Source of the DNA: an uncultured Acidobacteriota bacterium
GTDB lineage: Bacteria > Acidobacteriota > Thermoanaerobaculia > UBA5066
Length of the DNA stretch: 64,000 bases
Assembly: GCA_963721385.1 (NCBI GenBank)
Contig: CAVRJB010000013.1
Coordinates: 548,338 to 612,337 of the forward strand
Reading direction: 5' to 3'
The notes below the pieces were generated by a model. That model saw nothing but the letters and a program-made list of their open reading frames with translations, did not search any database and had not been told where the DNA came from. Shown one piece after another: positions 9,062-17,076 of the stretch. The translations under genes and the position numbers were made by a program. How positions within the stretch are numbered: the first letter of the stretch is position 1; every line of letters begins with the position of its first letter.

Positions 9062-11017
9062 TCAGTTCGGGTGCCAGCGCAGGTACGCGCCGATGGTGTT
9101 GGCCTTGTAGTCGCCGTAGAGGTTGATCGTCTCCTCGTACTTGTCGTAGGCCCACTCGCCGATGATCGAGAACTGCTTCGCGAACGGGATCTCGGCCCGG
9201 ACGCGCGCGCGGTCGATCGTGAAGGCCGCGTTGCCCTGGTTCTCGAACCGCATCGCCGAGCCGGTCAGCATGAAGACGTCGAACGTGAGGCCGAGGTTGA
9301 CCTCGTACGACATCCCCTTCTCGGCGTAAATCGACGCGACGGTCGTGAGGTTCTGCGGAATGACGATCGGGATCGAGGTGTTGTTGTTGATCTGGCCGGC
9401 CTGGAAACCAATCGTGAGGGGTTTCCAGGGCGTGATCGAGATGTTGCCGGAGTAGAAGCGGTACTTGGAGGAGAGGCCGAGGCCGACCCCGGAGTTGGAG
9501 TTGTCGACCCACTGGCCCGAGCCTCCGACCGTCAGGAAGTTCTTGAGCGTCCAGCTCCCGCGGAGCTTGAAGGTCTGCTGGTCCTGGAAGTCTGTCCGGA
9601 CGATGGCGTGGTTGGCGCCCGAAGTCGAGTAGTCGCCGAGGACCGTGAAGCCGGCCATCGCGAACGTCAGCCCCGCCTTGACCGTGTGGAAGTTCCGCTC
9701 GTAGATGCCGCCCTGCCCGCCGATCGGAAGGACGATCTCGGCCACGGACTCCGACAGGTTCAGGTCCTGCTTCGTGTACGAGTAGCCGCCGCGGATGGAG
9801 ACCGGGCCGACTTTCCGGATGTTGACCGACGCGTCCCAGGTCTCGTCGTCCCGGACCATGTGGTTGTAGACCGGTGTCGAGAGAAAGTTCGTCGGGAGAC
9901 CGCCCGTGTACGTGACGGCGTTGGCGAAGAGGGTGGAGATCAGCGCCGACCCGTTCTCGTCCCGGTGGCTCTGCCGCCATCCGGCGATGAAGTCGACGTT
10001 CTCCCCGAGCCCGTACTCGGCCCGCACCGCGCCGCGCCAGAAGGAGTTCCCGGCGCGGGGAGCCTGCGTCTCGCTGAGGCCGCTGAAGAACTGTCCGAGG
10101 GCGAAGCTGACCATGTTGCCCGCGGCGTTCTCGTTGTCGTTCGCGTCGAGATTGCCGCCCGTGTGGATGTAGGTGCCGGTGACGCGGCAGCGCGGGCAGA
10201 ACTGCGCCGTGACCGCCGCGTTCGTGATCGGCTGGTTGACCGTCGTATCGGTCGAGTTCGAGTAGCTCGTCAGCTTGAGCGTCTGGCCGAGCACGGAGGT
10301 CGGGTAGTCCCCGGCGCCCTTGCCCGGCATCAGGGTCTGGACGTCGTTCTCGACCGTCTTCCGCCAGCCCTGGGTGACATGACCCGAGATCCCGTAGGCG
10401 TTGAAGAGGAGGCCGACGCGCGGCTCCTGGTCGACGACGCGGAGGGTCTCGTTCAGCTGGTAGACGTTGCCGCCCACGAGGGCCGTCGTCGTGCCCGGGC
10501 CCGCGTAGTGGTTCTGGGTGTAGCCGAAGAGGGGCGAAACGATCTTGTCGGGCAGGAGGACGAGCTCGGCGTCGTAGATGTTGCGGTCGCGGTTCCACGT
10601 CTGCTGGCCGGGGATGATTCCCTGGTCGAGGAACGGGTTGGCGAAGGCGGGAAGCGCCGAGAACATCTCCTGGTGCGAGTAGCGGAGCCGGAGCTGGTAC
10701 CAGCCGGTCTTCCCGATCTCGAGCCGGCCGAACCCCTGGGGGCCGGCGCCGAGGTCGGAGACGTCGATGCGGAACTGGTCGAAGGCATTCGTCGCGCCGT
10801 CGAAGTTCGTCGTCGAGAGCGTGAAGGACCTGAGGTTGAAGCCCTGCTGCTCGTTGATCTGCGACCGGTACATGTCCTCGTTGCCCGAGACGGACACCCA
10901 CTTGTAGCCGACCTCGAGGTCGATGGGGATCGTCTCCGCGGCCGCCCCGAAGGCGGCGACGAGGAGGACGAGGGCCGCAGCGAGGGGGACGAGCCGGGTG
11001 AGTTTGTCTTTTCTCAT
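9062..11017 (-). CDS. mtrB: outer-membrane beta-barrel protein, MtrB/PioB family (decaheme-associated porin)
   Basis: ORF of 651 aa with a signal peptide (MRKDKLTRLVPLAAALVLLVAAFGAAAE). It shows alternating amphipathic beta-strand composition rich in Y/G/N/T/S/Q throughout and ends with an aromatic-rich strand (GAYLRWHPN). There is an internal CPRC motif at residues 274-277. It sits immediately (10 nt) downstream of the periplasmic decaheme gene, with RBS GGAGA. Size and position match MtrB. Confidence 0.75.
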   Translation of the reverse strand: MRKDKLTRLVPLAAALVLLVAAFGAAAETIPIDLEVGYKWVSVSGNEDMYRSQINEQQGFNLRSFTLSTTNFDGATNAFDQFRIDVSDLGAGPQGFGRLEIGKTGWYQLRLRYSHQEMFSALPAFANPFLDQGIIPGQQTWNRDRNIYDAELVLLPDKIVSPLFGYTQNHYAGPGTTTALVGGNVYQLNETLRVVDQEPRVGLLFNAYGISGHVTQGWRKTVENDVQTLMPGKGAGDYPTSVLGQTLKLTSYSNSTDTTVNQPITNAAVTAQFCPRCRVTGTYIHTGGNLDANDNENAAGNMVSFALGQFFSGLSETQAPRAGNSFWRGAVRAEYGLGENVDFIAGWRQSHRDENGSALISTLFANAVTYTGGLPTNFLSTPVYNHMVRDDETWDASVNIRKVGPVSIRGGYSYTKQDLNLSESVAEIVLPIGGQGGIYERNFHTVKAGLTFAMAGFTVLGDYSTSGANHAIVRTDFQDQQTFKLRGSWTLKNFLTVGGSGQWVDNSNSGVGLGLSSKYRFYSGNISITPWKPLTIGFQAGQINNNTSIPIVIPQNLTTVASIYAEKGMSYEVNLGLTFDVFMLTGSAMRFENQGNAAFTIDRARVRAEIPFAKQFSIIGEWAYDKYEETINLYGDYKANTIGAYLRWHPN

Positions 11018-11027
11018 CGGCCGTCTC

Positions 11028-11951
11028 CTACTTGAAGAGCTGCGGCGAGAAGTTGGAACCGTGGACGGCGGTGTGGCACGTCGTGCAGTTCCTCCACTTC
11101 GGCAGCGAGATGTTGTGAATGGACGGAGGCTGCGAGCCGGCCGTCGGCCACCCGAGGTTCGAGTGGCACTCGAGGCAGAGCGCGGCGACCGTGGAGCGGG
11201 TCAGCATGTGCATGTTCGGCGAGCCGTGCGGCCGGTGGCAGCTCATGCAGTTCCCCGCCACGTTGGTCACGTGCTCGTAGACGTGCGGCCCCTTCTTCTC
11301 GGCGTGGCACGAGACGCAGATCAGGTCTCCCGCGCGGGTCAGCTTGATCGTCTGGCCCTGGGGGCGCCCGTGGGCGTTGTGGCACGACGAGCAGTCGATG
11401 CCGCCGCGCCCGACGTGGTGCGTGTACGGCTCGCTCTTGAACGACGTGACCGGCCCCGCATGGCACCCGCCGCAAAGCTCCACCTGGGGCTTGACGAGCA
11501 GTTTCTGCGTGCGGAAGTCGGCGTGGTGAACGGAGTGACAGCTCAGGCAGTTGACCGCTTCCGAGGAGGCGTGGACGCCGGTCCGGTAGGACCAGCGCTC
11601 CCGCATCTTGTCGTGGCAGCCGAGGCAGGTCTCGGAGCCCTGCCAGCCCTTCAGGCCGCGGATCATCGCGACGTCGCCGCCGGCTTCCGCGTGGTTCTTG
11701 CCCGGGCCGTGGCAGCTCTCGCAGACCGCTTCGGCAGGGTCCTTCTTGGCCAGCCAGGTCCGGATGTGCGGGTTGTTCTGGAAGGCCTTGACCTGGTCCT
11801 CGTGGCAACTTGCGCAGAGGCTGTCCGTCGGCGCGGCACCCTTTTTCGCGTCCGGCGCCGCCGCCAGCGTCAGGCCCGGCGTGAGCCCGACGAGGAGGAG
11901 AAGCGCCAGCAGCAGGAGGATGCCGCCGGGAAGGAAGACTCTTGTTCGCAT
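11028..11951 (-). CDS. mtrA: periplasmic decaheme c-type cytochrome, MtrA/DmsE family
   Basis: ORF of 307 aa with a signal peptide and exactly ten CxxCH motifs: CASCH, CESCH, CLGCH, CLSCH, CGGCH, CSSCH, CVSCH, CMSCH, CLECH, CTTCH. This is about one heme per 30 aa, typical of MtrA. Confidence 0.85.
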   Translation of the reverse strand: MRTRVFLPGGILLLLALLLLVGLTPGLTLAAAPDAKKGAAPTDSLCASCHEDQVKAFQNNPHIRTWLAKKDPAEAVCESCHGPGKNHAEAGGDVAMIRGLKGWQGSETCLGCHDKMRERWSYRTGVHASSEAVNCLSCHSVHHADFRTQKLLVKPQVELCGGCHAGPVTSFKSEPYTHHVGRGGIDCSSCHNAHGRPQGQTIKLTRAGDLICVSCHAEKKGPHVYEHVTNVAGNCMSCHRPHGSPNMHMLTRSTVAALCLECHSNLGWPTAGSQPPSIHNISLPKWRNCTTCHTAVHGSNFSPQLFK

Positions 11952-11964
11952 CTAAGCCTCATGG

Positions 11965-11996
11965 CCTCGGGCGGCGCCGGCTGGCGCCGCCCGAGG
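11965..11996 (-). other. intercistronic stem-loop between the mtrC-like and mtrA-like genes
   Basis: Perfect 14-bp inverted repeat cctcgggcggcgcc / ggcgccgcccgagg (11965-11978 / 11983-11996) with a 4-nt loop. It fills most of the 54-nt gap. There is no U-run after it on the minus strand. Confidence 0.5.
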
Positions 11997-12005
11997 ACTG
12001 TCAGT

Positions 12006-14079
12006 TCAGTAGGCGTGGACCTTGGCGACGCTCCAGTCTGCGTTCCCACCGTGGCAGGTGCCGCACGCCTCGCCGAAGGGTGCTGTGTTGAGGTACGCGT
12101 GGGCGGCGGCGTCGCGGCTGTCGTGGCAGCCGAGGCAGGCGGCCGTTCCGGAACCCTGAGGCGTGAAGTAGTCGCGCTGCGTCACCACGTTCAGCGTGCC
12201 CGCCGGCATCGGAAGGTCGTAGGCGGCGGCGTTCGTGTGGCAGGCGAGGCAGTTCCGGCGGTCGCCGGGATAGGTCACCTCGTTGAAGCTGCCCGGCTGC
12301 CCGCTGTTGCCGTAGATCGTGTAGTCCTGGGTCAGCTCTTCGCCCGTGTGGATCCGGTGGATCATCCGGGCCATCTCGATCGACTCGCCGGGGTCGGCCG
12401 AATGGTCGGTCGGACGGCGGGTAATGTCGCTGTTGACGGGGTTGTGGCACATGACGCAGTACTGGATCGAGATTCGCTGCCCGCCGTGCGAGAAGGTCGT
12501 CGCGAGGCGGCTGTGGCAGGCGTTGCACTTGGCGAGGTCGACGGCCACGCGGCGGTGCGTCACGGCGGTTCCCGCCTTGACGGCGAAATCGTAGATCGGG
12601 TTCTCCTTGGGGCCTTCGGTGAAGGATCTCGTCCCGCCCGAGGCCTGGGTGAGGGTGACGGTCCGCCGGGTCGCTGCGCTCATCGTCCACGTCCCGGTGG
12701 CGTCCGCCGGAATCGCGGTCGTGAAGTTCCAAGTGCAGATTCCCGTCGCCGGGTCATAGATCGCGGTCGTCGCGGTCTGGCTGATGGGCACCATGCCGTA
12801 ATCCGAGGTGTTTCCCGCGAGGACGAGGGTCGCCGAGGCCCCGCCGGTCGCCGAGGAGGGCTTGACGGGCGTCCCGTCGTTCTCGGTGATCTTGAAGGTG
12901 ACGGTCGGCTTCTGGCCGGGGGCGGTGTTCGTCACCGAAAGGATCGCGAAGTTGAGGCCCTTGAGCTGCTTCGATTCGGCGGGCAGGACGTGCGCCCCCT
13001 TGATCGAGGCATCCCACTCGGAGCCGCTATCAGGCGTGTGGCAGGTGGCGCAGTCGTTGTCGTTGGCCTGCGGGAGATTCGCGTCGCTGTGGCCCGCTCC
13101 GGTCGCGAAGTTGACGCTGGTGTGGCAGCCGCCGCAGGCAGCCCGCGAGGGCTGCGACATCCAGGTCGTCCCCATCGGCGCCGCCTTGTCGTGACAGGTG
13201 TCGCAATCCTGGACGAGCTGCGGGTAGGTGATCTCCGCGGCCCCCTCCCACTGCTCGGAGTGGATGAGGTGCCAGAAGTGCTGTCCGTCGTAGGTGGAAC
13301 GCTCCTCGGCCGGCTCGCCTCCGGAGCCGGGAATCTGTCCCACCATGTTGTTCGGGTTGTGGCAGAGGGCGCAGGTCTTCGTCTCGCGGTAGTTCCCGCC
13401 GTGCGGACTGACCGCCGAGCCGAGATCCGGCGTGTGGCACTGGTTGCAGCGCGTCGTCGTGGTGTTGCCCCAGGTCGTCGCCGCGGTCTGGAGGTCCGGC
13501 GGCATCCCGTCCTTGAAGGCCTGGACGTAGTAGTTCTTTCCGATGATCGCGGAGGTGTTCCGGACGAAACCGCCGAAGAGGGTCGTCGGCTTCGTCCCGT
13601 CGAACTTCGTCGGCAGCGCGTTGAAGAAGGTGTACTTGTAGTGGCCGATGTCGAGCGTCTGCGTGGTGCCGGTGTTGTCGCGCGTCGGGTTGCCGCCGAT
13701 GCCGATCTGGTTCGTGTAGTACTTGCCGTCCCAGATGGCGACGATGAACCGGTAGGTGACCGTCCCCGCCGTCGCGGCGCCCGTCCGGTCGAGCGGGTTG
13801 CCGAAGTCGTCGGTGATCGTGAACTCGACGACCGGCTTCTGGCCCGGCAGCGAGGTTCGCCACGCTGTTGATCGTGACCTTGAGGCCCGGCCGGATGTAG
13901 TCCAGCTGGTCCGGCGTCAGATACGCCTCGCGCTGGTCGGCGCTGTAGGCCACCGGCGCCTCGGGAGCGAGTCGCTTCACCGGAGAACCGACGTCGCCGG
14001 AGTCGACCGGGACTTGCGACGGAAGGGCCAGGGCCCCGGCCGCCATGAGGACGAGAAGGCCGCGCTGCACCGCTACCAT
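12006..14079 (-). CDS. mtrC: extracellular-type decaheme c-type cytochrome, OmcA/MtrC family; reading frame interrupted once
   Basis: Frame 1 runs from the ATG at 14079 (RBS GGAGGAG): MVAVQRGLLVLMAAGALALPSQ...GLKVTINSVANLAAG. It then switches at ggcccggc (13841-13848, one extra nucleotide) to the frame of ORF 12006..13505: QKPVVEFTITDDFGNPL...MPPDLQ.... The reconstructed protein is about 690 aa with the MtrC domain order: beta domain, then 5 CxxCH (CNQCH, CALCH, CDTCH, CGGCH, CATCH), then a second beta domain (NFAILSVTNTAPGQKPTVTFKITENDGTPV, a near repeat of the first, INSVANLAAGQKPVVEFTITDDFGNPL), then 5 CxxCH (CNACH, CVMCH, CLACH, CLGCH, CGTCH). No lipobox cysteine follows the signal peptide. 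Confidence 0.8.
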
Positions 14080-14117
14080 GAGAACTCCTCCTTCCGGCTG
14101 CCGCCGGACCGGACGTT

Positions 14118-14133
14118 GGAAAGCATGCTTTCC
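14118..14133. promoter_or_regulatory. perfect 16-bp palindrome GGAAAGCATGCTTTCC in the mtrC-like 5' region (candidate operator or 5'-UTR hairpin)
   Basis: Read directly from the sequence. It lies 39-54 nt upstream of the mtrC-like ATG, downstream of the only AT-rich patch (14215-14240) in the 223-nt intergenic region. Confidence 0.3.
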
Positions 14134-14302
14134 TGTTTGTTGCCGTTTTGAATGACCGCGCGCCGGGAGAGGCGGGCGGCGATTCCAAGCGACCGCGAGT
14201 CACACGGAGCACCCGGAATCTGAATAAAGAATGTAGGGGACGCCTGATGCATTGGCCGGCAGACTAGGTTTTCCCCCCCGAACCCGACATGATTCAGATG
14301 CG

Positions 14303-15046
14303 CTATCTTCCGGAGGAAGCAGATCTCGAGGCCCTGAGGAGGAGGGTGACCCCCACGGGGAGACGAAACCTCTCGATCAGGGCCGCTTCGAGGCCCAAAA
14401 GGGCCGTCAGGGGAGCGTTCAGGAGCCCCGGAGTGAAGTGGAATTCCGATCGGGCCTCCTGGGCCGGGCGCCCACCAATCAGAATGCTCTGAACCCTCCG
14501 GGCGATGAAAATGGGGAGCGCGAGGAAGAAGTTGGCGTAGCTCGTCCGAGAGACCTGGAAACCGGCCGCCTCGACCTTCGCCGCCATCTCTTCGGCCGTA
14601 TACCGGCGCAGCGCGTGGCTCGCACGGTCCTGCTCTCCCCTGAAAGCGTCGAAGGCCGCGGCGGTGACGTAGAGCGTCGCTCCCGGCTTGGCGACGCGGG
14701 CCAGCTCCCGGAGCGCGGCGAGGTCGTCGGGAACGGCATAGAGAACGTCGTGGCAGGTGACGGCGTCGAACGTCGCATCGCGAAAGGGGAGCCGCTCGAG
14801 TCTCCCCTGAACGAATCGCGGAAGGCCGCGCCGGCGGCAGAAGAGGAGCGCTTCGAAAGAGAAATCCGCACCGAAGCCGAGCGGCCCGCCGGCCCCTCCG
14901 GCCACGTGCGCGAGGTTCGCGCCGGTGCCGCATCCGGCGTCGAGGACCCGGGCCGTCGGCGACAGACGAAAAAGCTCGGGTGCGAAGGCCCGGGCGATCC
15001 GCCTCATCCCGCGGTACCACCAGTACCGCTCTTCGCGCCGGAACAT
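14303..15046 (-). CDS. class I SAM-dependent methyltransferase
   Basis: This is the C-terminal 247 codons of ORF 14303..16246: MFRREERYWWYRGMRR...RVLDAGCGTGANL (motif I)...FDAVTCHDVLYAVPD...AKPGATLYV. An alternative GTG start lies at 15070. The rest of the long ORF is antisense to the neighbouring gene. Confidence 0.75.
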   Translation of the reverse strand: MFRREERYWWYRGMRRIARAFAPELFRLSPTARVLDAGCGTGANLAHVAGGAGGPLGFGADFSFEALLFCRRRGLPRFVQGRLERLPFRDATFDAVTCHDVLYAVPDDLAALRELARVAKPGATLYVTAAAFDAFRGEQDRASHALRRYTAEEMAAKVEAAGFQVSRTSYANFFLALPIFIARRVQSILIGGRPAQEARSEFHFTPGLLNAPLTALLGLEAALIERFRLPVGVTLLLRASRSASSGR

Positions 15047-15106
15047 CGTCTCGTACTCGGGGAGGTTCACGCGTCTTGCCTCTCGCAGCCGATGTGCGTT
15101 CCTATA

Positions 15107-16264
15107 ATGCCCGCTCCCGTGCCGTCCACCCGCCGCGTCCTCTCCGTCAGCCTCCTCTGGGCGGCCTGCGTCTGGACGCTGGCCCTCGTCGCGGCCCGGA
15201 GCACGCCCTGGCTGACCGGCCCCAACACCTGGACCTACGAGGTGAAGCGCCGCGTCACGCCCCTCGCGCGCTGGGACTCGGGCTGGTACATCGGCATCGC
15301 CGAGTCGGGCTACATGCTGCCTCCCAAGACATTCGGCGAGGAGACGAATCACGCCTTCTTCCCGCTCTACCCGCTCCTGATGCGCGCCGTCATGCGGTCG
15401 ACCGGCCTCGAGACCTCGCTCGCGGGGAACCTCGTCTCGCTCGCCTGCTTCCTCGGCGCGACGGTTCTCTTCGCCCGCTGGGTCGGGTCGCGCTGGGGAC
15501 CGTCCCGCGTGATGCCGGCGCTCCTCGCGCTTCTGGCGTTTCCCACGTCGTTCTTCTTCCTGACCGTCTACACCGAGGCGCTCTTCCTCTTCCTCGCCCT
15601 TCTCGCCGCCGACGCGCTCGACCGGGACCGCCCCCTGCTCGCGGCGCTCGCGGGCTACCTCGCCGGCCTCACGCGGATTTCCGGCGTCGTCCTCGGGCCT
15701 TACCTCGCCGTCTCGTCGTTCCTCCGGACCCGCTCCCGGGGGCGCGGCGTCCTCCGGTCGCTTGCGGCGGCGGCGGTGACGGGCCTCCCGCCGCTCCTCG
15801 GCTTCGCCACCTTCTGTGCCTACTTTTATCGCCGGTACGGTGACCCGTTTCTCTTCTCGACGGCGCAGCACAACTGGGGGAGGGCGGAGAAGACGGCCTG
15901 GGACGGGCCGATGCTGATTGCGAAGGACGTCTTCGAGGACTTCTCGACCGGGCGGATCTTCCACAAGAGTCCCGCGCGGACGCTCGAGGGAGTCTTCTTC
16001 CTCCTCTTTGCGTACCTCGCCTGGCGGCTCCTCCGGGAGAAGCGGTGGCCGGAGTCGCTCTACACGCTCCTGACGATCGGCCTCATCCCCTTCACCGGGA
16101 CGCTCGAGAGCGCGGGGCGCTACGTCCTGCCCGCGTTTCCCGGCTTCCCGGTCCTCGGCTCGCTCGCGGCTTCGCCCCGGCTCTTTCGGGCCGTCCTCGC
16201 CCTCGGCTTCCTGATCCAGGCGGCCTACGTCTGGGTCTTCGTCCACTGGCTCTGGGCCGGATGA
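15107..16264 (+). CDS. integral-membrane mannosyltransferase-like GT-C protein (PIG-V / DUF2029-like)
   Basis: This is the 3' part of ORF 14252..16264: MPAPVPSTRRVLSVSLLWAACVW...ARWDSGWYIGIAESGY...NHAFFPLYPLLMR..., with about 10 predicted TM helices. The alternative ATG at 15092 is in frame. Confidence 0.55.
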   Translation: MPAPVPSTRRVLSVSLLWAACVWTLALVAARSTPWLTGPNTWTYEVKRRVTPLARWDSGWYIGIAESGYMLPPKTFGEETNHAFFPLYPLLMRAVMRSTGLETSLAGNLVSLACFLGATVLFARWVGSRWGPSRVMPALLALLAFPTSFFFLTVYTEALFLFLALLAADALDRDRPLLAALAGYLAGLTRISGVVLGPYLAVSSFLRTRSRGRGVLRSLAAAAVTGLPPLLGFATFCAYFYRRYGDPFLFSTAQHNWGRAEKTAWDGPMLIAKDVFEDFSTGRIFHKSPARTLEGVFFLLFAYLAWRLLREKRWPESLYTLLTIGLIPFTGTLESAGRYVLPAFPGFPVLGSLAASPRLFRAVLALGFLIQAAYVWVFVHWLWAG

Positions 16265-17076
16265 GCCTCTGGAGGGCCCGGCCCGCCGTCGTCCTCGCGC
16301 TTGCGGCGCTCGCGGCGCTCCTGGCCGTGGCGCTCCTGCCCGGCTGCGATCGGGAGCCGGCGCCTTTCGGCCGCCACGCCGCCTTCGTGCCGGTCGTCCT
16401 CGACTCCCGCATTCCGGGCCGCGTGCCGTGGCAGACCCGCATCGAGGTGACGAACGACGGGCCCGACGCGGGCGTCGTCCGGGTCACCCGCTGGCCCCCC
16501 GACCGGCGGGAAGCCGAGGTCGAGGACTACCGCGTCGCCCCGGGCGCGACGCTCGGCATCCCGTCACGTGTTCCCTTCTTCCCGTCTGTCTCGTCGTTCT
16601 GGCTCGAGAGCGAGACTCCCTTCCACGTTCGCGCCGTCGTCCGGAACCGGAAGAGCCCGCTGCCGCCGCCGCTCGACGTGCCGGTCCTCTCCCCATCCGA
16701 TCTCGCGCGCCCCGGCGACACGCTGCGCCTCGGCCCGTTCTTCTCCGACGGCGCGAGGCGGAGCCACTTCTGCTACACCTTTCCCGGAACGGACGTCCGC
16801 TCGGTCCCGTACCTCGTCCGGACGGTCTTCACCGGGCTCGACGGGAAGCTCCTTGGCCGCTTCGAGTTCGGTCTCGCCGGCGTCCCGACGCTGATCGAGA
16901 ACCCGTGGGTCCGCTTCGCCCTTCCCGAGGGGCAGCCATTCCAGCTCGAGGTGACGTTCCTCGGGTCGTCGCGGGGGCGAACGCCGCGGTACGGGCTCTG
17001 GGTCTACGGCATCGTGACGGACCGGCGGACGAACGAGTCCCGCTTCCTGAAGACGACGGTCGTCCGCTCGCGTTAG
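16261..17076 (+). CDS. hypothetical lipoprotein
   Basis: There is an ATGA overlap with the upstream stop. The N-terminus MSLWRARPAVVLALAALAALLAVALLPGCDRE carries a lipobox (LLPGC). I recognise no family for the rest. Confidence 0.5.
   Translation: MSLWRARPAVVLALAALAALLAVALLPGCDREPAPFGRHAAFVPVVLDSRIPGRVPWQTRIEVTNDGPDAGVVRVTRWPPDRREAEVEDYRVAPGATLGIPSRVPFFPSVSSFWLESETPFHVRAVVRNRKSPLPPPLDVPVLSPSDLARPGDTLRLGPFFSDGARRSHFCYTFPGTDVRSVPYLVRTVFTGLDGKLLGRFEFGLAGVPTLIENPWVRFALPEGQPFQLEVTFLGSSRGRTPRYGLWVYGIVTDRRTNESRFLKTTVVRSR

Noticed and set aside
9062-14079. Lower G+C over the cytochrome/porin genes as a sign of recent horizontal transfer. My hand counts of single 60-nt lines gave 58% (line 9421) and 65% (line 10201), against 72% in a flanking line (8221).
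   Set aside because: When I read the mtrB-like gene codon by codon, third positions are still overwhelmingly G or C, like the rest of the window. The dip is explained by amino-acid composition (N/Y/T/K/F-rich beta-barrel and heme proteins). It is not evidence for foreign origin. Horizontal transfer may still be true, but it needs phylogeny to show.
14080-14302. A search for sigma-54 (-24 TGGCAC / -12 TTGC) promoters that the giant EBP could serve. I searched here and in the other larger intergenic regions (6069-6139, 24335-24401, 44859-45177, 52144-52224, 53714-53886).
   Set aside because: I found no GG-N10-GC element with acceptable flanks by eye. The TGGCAC strings in the window lie inside the cytochrome genes (reverse complements of CH codons). 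The target promoter is probably outside the window. A position-weight-matrix scan would be needed to be sure.
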